Shown here piece by piece: positions 43,044 to 52,554 of a stretch of 63,059 bases of DNA. The notes beneath the pieces are model-generated. The model worked only from the letters and a program-made list of their open reading frames with translations, ran no database searches and was not told where the DNA came from. Location of the stretch: IMG/VR virus record IMGVR_UViG_3300025879_000020, positions 1 through 63,059 of that record; one strand, given 5' to 3'. Origin of the DNA: a virus. Taxonomy: Duplodnaviria; Caudoviricetes. Position numbers and translations under genes: made by a program. Every line of letters starts with the position of its first letter. The first letter of the stretch is position 1.

Positions 43044-43484
43044 TTACTTTTTTTCGCTGTAGTCGTTATCAGAGTCGGCTAGGACGTATGAGTAGTTAGA
43101 GTATCTACGGCTGACAGCATCCCACTCTTCGGGGGTAGCGTCATCGATAGACATCCGAGTAGACGAACCTACATCTTCTTGAATGGTCAGCTCAAACTCG
43201 GGCTCTTCCTTCTTGTTGATCCGATCGTGCTCAAACAACATCAAGAACCCATAATGGATAATCTTCATAATGTCTTTACGGTGATCAGCGGGAGTACCCT
43301 TCTTACCGTATCTGCCATTATACTTATCCACATTCCCAGAGAAGAAACCCATACCATGACCACGATCTACAATCACTTCGGAGGACTGGAGTCCTCCTTT
43401 ACCGTAGTGGGCAGAATAGGTTGAGTCGACGTAGTTCTTAAACTCCTCAATCAACTCACCTTCTCGGAACTTATAATCAATCAT
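43044..43484 (-). CDS. DUF3310-like protein
   Basis: STY..HY, GF..GNV.KY..RYGKK, D..K.IHY. Confidence 0.6.
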   Translation of the reverse strand: MIDYKFREGELIEEFKNYVDSTYSAHYGKGGLQSSEVIVDRGHGMGFFSGNVDKYNGRYGKKGTPADHRKDIMKIIHYGFLMLFEHDRINKKEEPEFELTIQEDVGSSTRMSIDDATPEEWDAVSRRYSNYSYVLADSDNDYSEKK

Positions 43485-43494
43485 TATATTCTCC

Positions 43495-44667
43495 TTAGAA
43501 AATGTCATTTACAATATCATCTATAGAAGCTCCAGTTGGCTCAGAAACGTCAGCCACGGGAGCTCCTACTTCAGCGTCGACCTTAGTGTACAGGTCACGG
43601 AACGCTTCTTTGGTATCATCGTCGAAGCGATTAATACAAAGGTCGATTGCCTTCATCTTATCGTTAAAGATAGCAAAGGTTTGGACGATATGGCAGAGGC
43701 GACGAGTTGAAATGATCTCGTCAACGCCACCGTCCACATAGGTCTTGCGGATAATCTCAGACCAAATAGTAAGGTTAACTGCGAAGTCTTCGTCCATGCG
43801 ACCATATTTATCCATATGGTTCAGGACGATTTTCTTCTCAATCGAAGAGGTTGGGTAAGGCTGCTCAATAGTGATTGAGAAACGCTCCAGGAACGCTTCG
43901 TCAATGATGGTAGCCGATACGAACTTACCATCATCAGATCCCTGCCCTTTAGTGTTAGCAGTAGCGATAACATTAAAGCCAGGAGCAGGTTTAACAACCT
44001 CGCCAGTCTTTTTGATCATCACAGGCTTACCTTCTAGCACACCCTGTAAAGCCATCAAACGGTTAGAAGAACGGTCGATCTCATCGATCAGCAGGATCGC
44101 ACCTGCCTCCATCGCTTTGATAACTGGACCTTTCGAGAAAACGGTCTCGCCGTTAATCAAACGGAAGCCACCGATCAAATCATCTTCATCGGTTTCTGGC
44201 GTAATCTGAACACGGACATACTCACGCTTCAGTTTAGCACAGGCTTGCTCAACCATCATGGTTTTACCATTACCAGAAAGACCAGTAATGAACGTGGGGT
44301 AGAACATGCGAGACTCAAGGATAGTGCGGAGGTCTTTGAAGTTACCCCACGTCACATAAGTAGAATCAGAATCGGGAATGTAGACCTCGTCATTTGACAA
44401 AGAATGGATAGCCGATACCATAGCAGGAGCAGGAGCAGGAGCAACTGCCTCAGCCACAGCTTTAGTACGGAATGGCATGACCTTGGCTTCAAGGTTCCAG
44501 ACGCCACGGGAAATACGATCAGCCTCTTTGTCAAGCATCTTATCGTAAATCGAAGACAGGCTGTAGCCCAACTCGTTGGCCACTTCATTCAACTCAGCGT
44601 TGCGGAAAGAACTCTTGTCGGGGTAGCGAGCAGCGAGAGCTTTCAAAAAGGGAGCAAAGTTATTCAT
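43495..44667 (-). CDS. MoxR/CobS-like AAA+ ATPase
   Basis: GLSGNGKT, ETDEDDLIGG, LIDEID, TANTKG, STRR. Confidence 0.9.
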   Translation of the reverse strand: MNNFAPFLKALAARYPDKSSFRNAELNEVANELGYSLSSIYDKMLDKEADRISRGVWNLEAKVMPFRTKAVAEAVAPAPAPAMVSAIHSLSNDEVYIPDSDSTYVTWGNFKDLRTILESRMFYPTFITGLSGNGKTMMVEQACAKLKREYVRVQITPETDEDDLIGGFRLINGETVFSKGPVIKAMEAGAILLIDEIDRSSNRLMALQGVLEGKPVMIKKTGEVVKPAPGFNVIATANTKGQGSDDGKFVSATIIDEAFLERFSITIEQPYPTSSIEKKIVLNHMDKYGRMDEDFAVNLTIWSEIIRKTYVDGGVDEIISTRRLCHIVQTFAIFNDKMKAIDLCINRFDDDTKEAFRDLYTKVDAEVGAPVADVSEPTGASIDDIVNDIF

Positions 44668-44705
44668 AATATAATCCTCAAAGTCAATCAATCAATTCAG
44701 GAGCT

Positions 44706-44734
44706 ATTGTACCCTAACTGGGCAGGGAAGTAAA
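44706..44734 (-). promoter_or_regulatory. T4-type early promoter with phased A-tracts
   Basis: GGGGTTTACT-N17-TACAAT. Confidence 0.75.
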
Positions 44735-44775
44735 CCCCCAAAACGAACTTTTTTTCGTTTTTTTCAAATTATTTT
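44727..44775. repeat. About 49 bp direct repeat, copy 1
   Basis: Matches 47089-47137 with 2 mismatches (read by eye). Confidence 0.8.
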
Positions 44776-44786
44776 GTTATAAGCAT

Positions 44787-44801
44787 ATAACTAATACTTA
44801 T
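44787..44801. promoter_or_regulatory. LysR-type box
   Basis: ATAA-N7-TTAT preceded by TTAT-N6. Confidence 0.45.
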
Positions 44802-44812
44802 GACGTACCTCC

Positions 44813-47035
44813 TCACGCCACCATTTCGGTGAATTTGGTAACCAGGACTCGGTTACCCTTCTTAGAGCCAGTGAACTTCTTAAACTGGCGAGTGAGCTCA
44901 CCCTTCTTGGCGCCAGCCAGAACGTCAAACTCCTCATCGGTCGGGTCGAGTTCCTTACCACCCTTGATCACAAACATACGGTCGTAACCCATAGCTTCGT
45001 CCATAACGGAGAACTTGTTTTTGCGGAAGAACCTGACTTCTTCTTCGATCTTCTCAAAGCTGTCAACATTTCGCTGAATCATCCAGCGAGCTTCGTGGTT
45101 ACGGCTCACCAAGAAGTAGTTAATCACAGAACCAGAGGTGTACTTGCGGTACGCATTAATCAGCTGTTCGGTAACACCGAAGTTATCGTGGTACTTCTTG
45201 TCGATTTTCAGACGACGACCGTTAACAGTGAGATAGTAGTAAGTGTCGCGATATCCGATGTAACGATCACGCACGTTGACCTCATTACTAGAGCCATCGG
45301 TCAAGAACACGGTGTTCAGCTTGTCAACGTTGTAACGGCTCTTGAACTTGTCAGCCAATTTGAAGGCACAAAGGACAGTCGTATCCAGAGGTGTACCACC
45401 CAGTTGCTCAAAGCGAGAAGCAACTTCATACCAGTTACCCCAGCGAGTCGTAAGAGCCATAGACTGGAAGTAGAGGTCTCGAACAGCACGGTCGTATTCG
45501 GCGCGAGACATACGGTTATTAATCAGCTCAAAGATGCTAACGTCGCTCAAGTCGATATTAGTCTTAATGTTCTCTCGAGTGATAGGAGTTGCCCGATACT
45601 CGTTGGAATAGTTAGAAGTGAAGCCATACACCTCAAACGGGATGTTCACTTTACGGCAGAACATGGCGAGGTTGATAATCTGGCGGAGGACTGAAGAAAT
45701 TGTATCCGCCATAGAACCAGAATAGTCAACGTACATAATCATGCCGTGGTTCTTGGCGTCAGCCATCACTAGGTTACGAGCAAAGATGTCATCGTTGTAC
45801 TTGTAAGAGTGAACCTTCGCCATGTCAAGCGTACCAGAACGAGCGGTTTTGGCACGAGAATAACGGAAGGCAGCTTTCTTGATTTCAAACTCCTTCGCCA
45901 TGGTAGAAACTACCTTATCGGTGTCAGCGACAAACTTCTTTAATTCAGCTTGCCTTTCGGGGTCACCATAGACGGTCTCCCCAGGATACCTAGGATTGTA
46001 GTGACCATATTCTTTAGCACATTCGTCACGAGAAGCGAAAACCTCTTTGTACCCAATAACAACTTTCTCAACGTCAGAGGCTGTTATTTCGGTAGCATTA
46101 ACTGGAATGCTACCGTCATCTTTCGTCTCGACGAGCTTAGACTCATTAGAGCGGAAAGCGTCATCAGTTTCAACCGTAACGTCGTTCTCGGAAGCACCGC
46201 CAGCGGACTTAGTCGATACAGACTGGTTGTCCTCGGCGGGTTCTTCTTCTACCTCTTTAGCAGGCTGGTCACTGCTTCCTTTACCGTCCGAAACATCTTC
46301 GTCAGACTCATCTTCAGCATCAGGATCGATATCTGAAGGTTGATCAGCCGAATCTCCTTTTTCAGTTCCTTCTCGATCTCCGTCTTCTCTTGTTTCATCA
46401 TCTTCTTCACCCCCAATAGATTGTTCGCCCAGATAACTAGCTTGAGGGAAGTTAGGAACTTCTTGGTCAGGCTGGTCGGGCTGATCAACAGACGCTTTGT
46501 AAAACTCGCACAACTCACGAGCTGCTTCAACAACGTCACCCCACGTAACGACCGAGAAACACTTCGCTACAATAGGAGCTTCCTCGTCGCTAAACTTGAT
46601 GTCAACCAAGTCGTTCAGCTTGGCTTTAATATTGATGCGGTCAGGCAGACCGTAAGAAGTTAGGTCACGATCTTTGGTGCCAAAGAAGTTTTCTTTAAAG
46701 AGGACGTTATACCCTTCTTTGAAAGAGCGAACCAAACCAGGATAGCGAGCCTGAACAGCTCGCTCGATGCGGATGTCTTCGATGATGTTAAGGAAAGCAC
46801 GTGGGATACCTTCAACGTCGGTGGCGGCATCGTGCCAACCATCAGCTGGGGTAAACAATGCGTGACCAACCTCGTGACCAATCAAAAGGTCATGAACAGA
46901 AGCACCCATGTCTTTCCAAAGAGGGATATTAAGTACACGATTCACTACGTCAAAAGAGGCAGTCCTGAAGTTACCTTCAACCACCTCAATATTTTCTTTC
47001 GCCAGTAGGCGAGCCAGCATAGACTTAGAACTCAT
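44813..47035 (-). CDS. CobT-like protein: HEXXH domain, acidic linker, VWA domain
   Basis: HEVGH, NIIEDIRIE, YVDYSGSM (MIDAS), GGTPL, FLTDG. Confidence 0.85.
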   Translation of the reverse strand: MSSKSMLARLLAKENIEVVEGNFRTASFDVVNRVLNIPLWKDMGASVHDLLIGHEVGHALFTPADGWHDAATDVEGIPRAFLNIIEDIRIERAVQARYPGLVRSFKEGYNVLFKENFFGTKDRDLTSYGLPDRINIKAKLNDLVDIKFSDEEAPIVAKCFSVVTWGDVVEAARELCEFYKASVDQPDQPDQEVPNFPQASYLGEQSIGGEEDDETREDGDREGTEKGDSADQPSDIDPDAEDESDEDVSDGKGSSDQPAKEVEEEPAEDNQSVSTKSAGGASENDVTVETDDAFRSNESKLVETKDDGSIPVNATEITASDVEKVVIGYKEVFASRDECAKEYGHYNPRYPGETVYGDPERQAELKKFVADTDKVVSTMAKEFEIKKAAFRYSRAKTARSGTLDMAKVHSYKYNDDIFARNLVMADAKNHGMIMYVDYSGSMADTISSVLRQIINLAMFCRKVNIPFEVYGFTSNYSNEYRATPITRENIKTNIDLSDVSIFELINNRMSRAEYDRAVRDLYFQSMALTTRWGNWYEVASRFEQLGGTPLDTTVLCAFKLADKFKSRYNVDKLNTVFLTDGSSNEVNVRDRYIGYRDTYYYLTVNGRRLKIDKKYHDNFGVTEQLINAYRKYTSGSVINYFLVSRNHEARWMIQRNVDSFEKIEEEVRFFRKNKFSVMDEAMGYDRMFVIKGGKELDPTDEEFDVLAGAKKGELTRQFKKFTGSKKGNRVLVTKFTEMVA

Positions 47036-47067
47036 ATATCACCTCATCATCATCAAATTACCCGTCC

Positions 47068-47096
47068 ATTTTAACCTATCCTGCCCCAGAAGTAAA
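47068..47096 (-). promoter_or_regulatory. T4-type early promoter with phased A-tracts
   Basis: GGGGTTTACT-N17-TAAAAT. Confidence 0.75.
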
Positions 47097-47137
47097 CCCC
47101 TAAAACGAACTTTTTTTCGTTTTTTTCATATTATTTT
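47089..47137. repeat. About 49 bp direct repeat, copy 2
   Basis: Matches 44727-44775. Confidence 0.8.
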
Positions 47138-47158
47138 CCTATGAAAGAGACAGTTTTA

Positions 47159-47173
47159 ATAGCTAAATGCTAT
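47159..47173. promoter_or_regulatory. LysR-type box
   Basis: ATAG-N7-CTAT. Confidence 0.45.
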
Positions 47174-47185
47174 AAGGATACGTAA

Positions 47186-48901
47186 CTACTTGATTTTACT
47201 GAAGTTTCTTTCTTTGGTGAACTCGATCTTATTCCGGAACTTACTATCCAGGACGTCCCCTTTGTGGCTGATAATGAAGGTATTTGTACCCTCTTCCAGC
47301 GTATCAAGGATCTTGAGTAGGTTTTCGATGCCATCATTATCCAGTGAACTGTCAAAGGTTTCGTCTAGTATCAGTAGGTTGGTGGCAGCCGAGTTCTTCA
47401 TTCGAGCGATTTGGCGCCACGTAAACAGTAACGCCAAATCGATCCTTTGCTTCTCGCCCTCCGAGAAAGAAGCGTAGTTGAACATGTCACGGTATCTAGA
47501 CTTAATAGTTTCTTGAAACGATTCGTCTAGGTTAAACGAGACGTAGAAATCCATAACCTGTAGATACTGATTGATAAGTTTATTCATCACTGGCAAGTAC
47601 TGCTTAATGACTTTGGTCTTGATGCCCGTGTCCTTCAGCATCTCTGAGATAACATCGTAGTAGTTGCGTTTATCAATCAGTTCTAGTTTGCGCTCCGTGG
47701 AATCATCCCTTTCTTGGTACAACTTACCCAACTCTTTATTGGACTCGGATACATTAGACCCGTTATTTGACAGCTTTGCGATTTCAGCTTCAAGCGATTC
47801 TATCTGTCCCTGTAGGTTGGTAATGGTAACGTTGTTGACTGAGATCTTACTTTGGCGCTCGGTCAGCTCAGCTAGTGATTCGCTGGCTCGTGCGACTCCT
47901 TCCGAGGCTCCTTTAATTTCCTGAGAGCACTTCGCCATACCTTCCTTGAGCTCGCTTGCCTTTGCTTTTGCTTCGCGAAGCTTTGTTTCCTTAAACTCAT
48001 CTTCAATCTCCTGATCACACGTCGGGCAGGTAGTGTTAGACTCAAAGAATTTAGCATCGTCGACTAGTCGCTTAATACCCGACTTAATACCAACCTCGTA
48101 CTTCTCTAGAGACGACTTCTTCGAGTTAAGTTTGGCAAGTTCTTCTGTAATACTTACCATGTTATCCGAAAGGTTAAGGCTCAGCTCGCTGTTCAGTGAT
48201 TGGGTATCTTCAATCTTGGTTCGCAACTCTGCGATAGATTGCTGCTTTTCTTTGGCTTGTTCAGCGTTTAACGACTCGACTTCTCGGATGTATTTCTTAG
48301 TTAGGTTTATCTTCTCTTTTACCATATCTATAGAATAAGTAACTTCTTTGATGTCCTCCCGAACCTTTTGCTTGCGCTCGTTCAGAAGCTGCGACATCTT
48401 ACCGAATACCTGAATATCCAGCAGATCCTCAATAACCTCACGACGGTGGTTAGTAGGTAACTGCATGAAAGGGATAAACGAAGAAGAGCCGAGTACCACG
48501 ACTTGGTGGAACGACTTGTGGTTCAGCTTCAGGATATTCTTCTCAAGGTATGCTTGGTAATCGCGAACAGAAGCTTCTTGGTTTATCATATTACCGTTCT
48601 GATAAATCTCAAACTTGTTAGGCTTGATAGAACGGAAGATACGGAACTGATGCTTACCAATAGAGAACTCTACGGTTACTTCGCACGCCTTATTATTAAT
48701 TGAGTTGACAAGTTGTAACTTCTTAATGTCCCTGTGTGGCTTGCCGAACAAACCAAACGAAAGGGCATCAAGGATAGTCGACTTGCCAGAACCGTTATGA
48801 CCAACAATCAAGGTTGAAGGAGAGCGGTCCAACTGTATCTTGGTTTCGTTGTTTCCTGTAGACAGGAAGTTTCGGTAAGATACCGAGTGGAAATTAATCA
48901 T
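47186..48901 (-). CDS. 46: Rad50-like recombination ATPase gp46
   Basis: GHNGSGKS, CPTC zinc hook, FSEGEK, LDE. Confidence 0.95.
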   Translation of the reverse strand: MINFHSVSYRNFLSTGNNETKIQLDRSPSTLIVGHNGSGKSTILDALSFGLFGKPHRDIKKLQLVNSINNKACEVTVEFSIGKHQFRIFRSIKPNKFEIYQNGNMINQEASVRDYQAYLEKNILKLNHKSFHQVVVLGSSSFIPFMQLPTNHRREVIEDLLDIQVFGKMSQLLNERKQKVREDIKEVTYSIDMVKEKINLTKKYIREVESLNAEQAKEKQQSIAELRTKIEDTQSLNSELSLNLSDNMVSITEELAKLNSKKSSLEKYEVGIKSGIKRLVDDAKFFESNTTCPTCDQEIEDEFKETKLREAKAKASELKEGMAKCSQEIKGASEGVARASESLAELTERQSKISVNNVTITNLQGQIESLEAEIAKLSNNGSNVSESNKELGKLYQERDDSTERKLELIDKRNYYDVISEMLKDTGIKTKVIKQYLPVMNKLINQYLQVMDFYVSFNLDESFQETIKSRYRDMFNYASFSEGEKQRIDLALLFTWRQIARMKNSAATNLLILDETFDSSLDNDGIENLLKILDTLEEGTNTFIISHKGDVLDSKFRNKIEFTKERNFSKIK

Positions 48902-48902
48902 A

Positions 48903-49964
48903 TTATACGATCTCGTGATTTTGAGCTTCGACGTACAGCTCTCTTACAATGCCTTTTATGCGAGATAGATCTAAGTCGGTTTCTACCGCATCTACATAAG
49001 TATCTAACAACTCAGCGGTATCTTCTAGAGAAACCTTATTATCATCTACGTTCTCGCCCGAGAACTCTTCAAAGGTTTCAGCAATCTTCAGCTCGTGAGT
49101 ATTAACGTATTGTAACTTATCTATAAAGCGATCGAAGGTGTATGGATCCTTCTTGTTTACAACGACTACCTTTACGAACTTATCTGCGTATTGGTCAACG
49201 TCTGGCTTTTCGTAGTTACTCTTGACGTCATCGTAGTAGACTTTCTGGAACAGGGTTATAGGGTTGGGAATAGCAGTTATCTCCCTTGTTTCTGTATCCA
49301 GGACGTGGAAGTATTTCTGGTCTTCACAGTCAGCCCAAGTAAACTCCATCTGCGAACCGAAGTACGAGATGTTACCCTGCGTAGACTTAGTGTGGAAGTG
49401 CCCAGAGAATACACTCTCGAATCGCTTGAAATGAGTAGCCGACATACCGTGTGGGTTCGGCATACCTTTATGCATCTCAAACCCTTCAATCTCAAAGTGC
49501 CCACCCAACATAGAGGCTTCGCAGTTAGCAATGAAGTCCATAGAGTCGGAATAGTTACTAGCATTGATCCAAGGGACAACGCCAACCTTACAACCGTCAT
49601 AGTCTAAGACCTTCGGCTCCATAATGATGTTAACATTAGAAGTGAAGTAACCGAGTAACTCTTTTAATGAGCAGAGCTCGTTGGTGTTCTTATAGAATAC
49701 GTCGTGGTTGCCAGGAATGATATCCATCGTCATACCATACTTCTTCAAAGGGTTCAAGAAGTGCTGGCGATTAGAGTTTAGAGCTTTGAAGTTTACAAAC
49801 TTGCGATGCTCGTAATAGTCGCCAAGGTGTAAGACGGTTTTAACATCATTGTCTAGGCAATACGGGAAGAACACTTCCTCGTAGAACTTTCGTTGGTACT
49901 CAATAAAGATATCTGAGCTGTTGCGGGTTCCGCAGTGTGTATCATTTAGTATTGCTATCTTCAT
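48903..49964 (-). CDS. 47: Mre11-like nuclease gp47
   Basis: DTH, HLGD, GNHD, SGHFH. Confidence 0.95.
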   Translation of the reverse strand: MKIAILNDTHCGTRNSSDIFIEYQRKFYEEVFFPYCLDNDVKTVLHLGDYYEHRKFVNFKALNSNRQHFLNPLKKYGMTMDIIPGNHDVFYKNTNELCSLKELLGYFTSNVNIIMEPKVLDYDGCKVGVVPWINASNYSDSMDFIANCEASMLGGHFEIEGFEMHKGMPNPHGMSATHFKRFESVFSGHFHTKSTQGNISYFGSQMEFTWADCEDQKYFHVLDTETREITAIPNPITLFQKVYYDDVKSNYEKPDVDQYADKFVKVVVVNKKDPYTFDRFIDKLQYVNTHELKIAETFEEFSGENVDDNKVSLEDTAELLDTYVDAVETDLDLSRIKGIVRELYVEAQNHEIV

Positions 49965-50532
49965 TCGCACCATCCTCCATAAACAACTCTAACGACTTTT
50001 TCTGAGCCTTCTCTTTCTTCTCAAACTCCTTTACTACTCGGTCGGATTCTTTAACCCGATCGATTCTAGTACGGAGCTCTTCAACGAAGTTCTGCTCAAT
50101 AATATAGTCGTCCCCTTCTGCGAGTACCATAAACTCGTCAAAGGAGGCTTGCTCTATGAACTTCATCTTAACGTCAAACTGCTTCTTTTCCTTCTGGATC
50201 CTTCGTACAAAGGCGTAGAAACAGATCTGAGTAAAGTATGAGAATGCGTTGGGGGTGCCCGTTCGAGTCTTGGTGTTGATATCGTAGTTCCGAATCGCTT
50301 TAAGGCAATTCTCGACTGCGTCCATAACCATCTCTTCACGGTAGGTGTAGCGGATAAAGTTGGGTCGGTGGGATAGTCCTTCAGAGATACGAAGGAAACA
50401 TTTTGCGATGTACTCCGTAACGATAGGGGCTTCTTTACCCTGCTCGATCGCTTCGTTGACACTGGTCACATAATCAACGACAGCGAGTGAGAACTCTTTG
50501 TTGTTAACATAGTGGGGTTTATTTTGAGACAT
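49942..50532 (-). CDS. 55: Late sigma factor gp55
   Basis: HYVNNKEF, NF..YTYREEMV.D, NAFSYFTQI. Confidence 0.95.
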   Translation of the reverse strand: MSQNKPHYVNNKEFSLAVVDYVTSVNEAIEQGKEAPIVTEYIAKCFLRISEGLSHRPNFIRYTYREEMVMDAVENCLKAIRNYDINTKTRTGTPNAFSYFTQICFYAFVRRIQKEKKQFDVKMKFIEQASFDEFMVLAEGDDYIIEQNFVEELRTRIDRVKESDRVVKEFEKKEKAQKKSLELFMEDGANEDSNTK

Positions 50533-50574
50533 TATCTCTCCTCCATCAAGGTTCAAAAGTTTACATAATAAGGT

Positions 50575-50603
50575 ATTATACTATAGTTTCGCCATGAAGT
50601 AAA
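50575..50603 (-). promoter_or_regulatory. T4-type early promoter (gp55)
   Basis: TTTACT-N17-TATAAT. Confidence 0.8.
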
Positions 50604-50627
50604 GGGTTATTTTTTTTCTTTTAGGGG

Positions 50628-50656
50628 TTTACTTTTAGCCGAAAGTATAGTATAAT
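50628..50656 (+). promoter_or_regulatory. Early-type promoter on the + strand, antisense to the local genes
   Basis: GGGGTTTACT-N17-TATAAT, back-to-back with the gp55 promoter. Confidence 0.7.
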
Positions 50657-50689
50657 CAAGAAGTCGCCGCAGGAGTGGGGGATATACCT

Positions 50690-51040
50690 TTAGTGGATGG
50701 TCTCGTCACCATCGATCATATACTGATCAGTATTATCAACCTCAGGCTCAAGCTCTTTTTGAGGAGTTGTAACTACTGACTGTATGTAGGTTTCCTTCAC
50801 TCGCTCGGTACATTCCCCAAGAGAAATGACAGAAGCAGCGTTTACATATACTGGGCTCTTAAACTCACAGAGGCTCATCCAATTAGAAAACCAGAATCCC
50901 GAGTCTTTCCTTGAGTACTCGATCTTAACTGGTCGTTCTAATATATAGCCAGTCTCATCAGCACCCTGCATGTATGCAACCAGCTCTTCCCCTGATATCA
51001 ACTTAAACTGTTTTATTCTAACATCGCTCAAATCGTTCAA
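50690..51040 (-). CDS. Conserved Sm-like-fold hypothetical protein
   Basis: FKLISGEELVA; lies between uvsW and 55. Confidence 0.7.
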   Translation of the reverse strand: MNDLSDVRIKQFKLISGEELVAYMQGADETGYILERPVKIEYSRKDSGFWFSNWMSLCEFKSPVYVNAASVISLGECTERVKETYIQSVVTTPQKELEPEVDNTDQYMIDGDETIH

Positions 51041-52554
51041 AGCTGTACCTCGTAAATTGTATACTCAAACTTTTCTTTAGAGTAAATCTTAATTCTTTCG
51101 CCAGCGTGGTTTAGTGTGTAGTTCTTATGTTGCTTCCAATGTAAGTCATCGGCAATATCGTATAAGATAGTTCCCTTGCCGTCGTCAGCCTTACGAAGCC
51201 CACGCCCAATTGACTGCAAAATCTTAATCTGCGACTTAGAAGGCGAGGCAAAGATAACGTTGTTAAGGTTTCTTATGTTAACGCCTGTAGAGAAGGTTCC
51301 CAACGAAGCCACGATGATAGCGTCTTTTTCTTTCTCGGTAATCTGTCTAACCCTTTCTCTATCGTCTACGTCGGTTTCACCCGAAACAAAGAAGATCTTC
51401 CTTCCAGAGTGTACTTTCTCTAGTATCATATTATATAGGGGTTTTCCATGCTTCTCCACGAAATTGAATAGGACTAGGGTATTACCCTCTTGATCAACCG
51501 CAAGGTTTGTAATAAACTTGTTTCGCTTTTCGTGACGAACGATGAAGTCTACTTCTTCTTGATACTTGGCTTTCTTTAGCTGTTGACAAGTAACGTCATC
51601 GTACTTCAATAGAAGAACCTTAATGTCTAGGTCGGCGAGAGCGCCAGAGTCAATTAGGTCTTTGGTTGAAGTAACTTTGAATACAGAACCGAAGTGCCCT
51701 TCTAGTACGAGCCTGTGGGTTTGAGTTCCGTCTAGAGTACCTGTAGCTCCGATACGAAACTCAGCCTCTTTCAGCTTAGACATAATTGCGCCAAGGGATT
51801 TGGCTTTGAAGTTGTGAGCTTCGTCGCCAATAACCATACCGAAGTCTTTAAACCATTCAACGCCCAGCTTGTAAATAGACTGCCATGTGGTAATCACTAT
51901 ACGAGGATTGTGACTAGGGTATTTCTCTTTTCCGCCATAGATCTTATGAATCTCAGCTTCGGCATCAAAGTTCTCATCCCATTTAGAATAATCCGCAAAG
52001 TCAGAAGCCATTTGCTCCACGAGAGAGGTAGTTGGTACAACGATTAGAACGTTCTTATCCCTTTTCTCTAGGTAATACCGCATGGCGCAGTAGATGATAA
52101 GGGATTTGCCCGAAGCGGTTGGGGACAATAGGAGGGATCGCTTAGTTTCGAGAGCATGTTCTATAGCGGTTAGCTGATAATCCCGTGGCTCGATTTTCTT
52201 ATCTGAAGCAGTAAGGTTTAGCGAATCTATAAACTCACGAAACCAATTATAGTCTAAAGGTTCGGTTGAGTCTGGTCGCCCATAGTATGGGTTATGCTCT
52301 ACCTGTAGGTCGTAGTCCCTAACAGCCACAAACTCCGATAGGTACGGATAAAGTCCAATCGGTAGTTCTTTGCTCCTAGCATCGTATAACCTAATCTTAC
52401 CATCCCATATCTTATTCTTGTACGCAGGCATAAACTTATATCCTGGCACAAAGAAGCAAAAGAAGTCCGATAGTTCGGCTTCGATTGCTGGGTCTGTATT
52501 GATTTCTAGGAAGGCGTGGTTCTTCTTCTTAACAGAAAGTATCTCTGACATCAT
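51037..52554 (-). CDS. uvsW: SF2 helicase UvsW
   Basis: PTASGKS, DEAH, TGT, QSIGRGLR. Confidence 0.95.
   Translation of the reverse strand: MMSEILSVKKKNHAFLEINTDPAIEAELSDFFCFFVPGYKFMPAYKNKIWDGKIRLYDARSKELPIGLYPYLSEFVAVRDYDLQVEHNPYYGRPDSTEPLDYNWFREFIDSLNLTASDKKIEPRDYQLTAIEHALETKRSLLLSPTASGKSLIIYCAMRYYLEKRDKNVLIVVPTTSLVEQMASDFADYSKWDENFDAEAEIHKIYGGKEKYPSHNPRIVITTWQSIYKLGVEWFKDFGMVIGDEAHNFKAKSLGAIMSKLKEAEFRIGATGTLDGTQTHRLVLEGHFGSVFKVTSTKDLIDSGALADLDIKVLLLKYDDVTCQQLKKAKYQEEVDFIVRHEKRNKFITNLAVDQEGNTLVLFNFVEKHGKPLYNMILEKVHSGRKIFFVSGETDVDDRERVRQITEKEKDAIIVASLGTFSTGVNIRNLNNVIFASPSKSQIKILQSIGRGLRKADDGKGTILYDIADDLHWKQHKNYTLNHAGERIKIYSKEKFEYTIYEVQL

Noticed and set aside
43495-47035. Cobalamin biosynthesis (cobS/cobT) as a metabolic function
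   Set aside because: No cobN or other cob genes in the window; better read as a generic MoxR-VWA pair
47183-47195. Single IHF-consensus match
   Set aside because: It overlaps the last codons and stop of gp46 and has no partner site, so it may be chance
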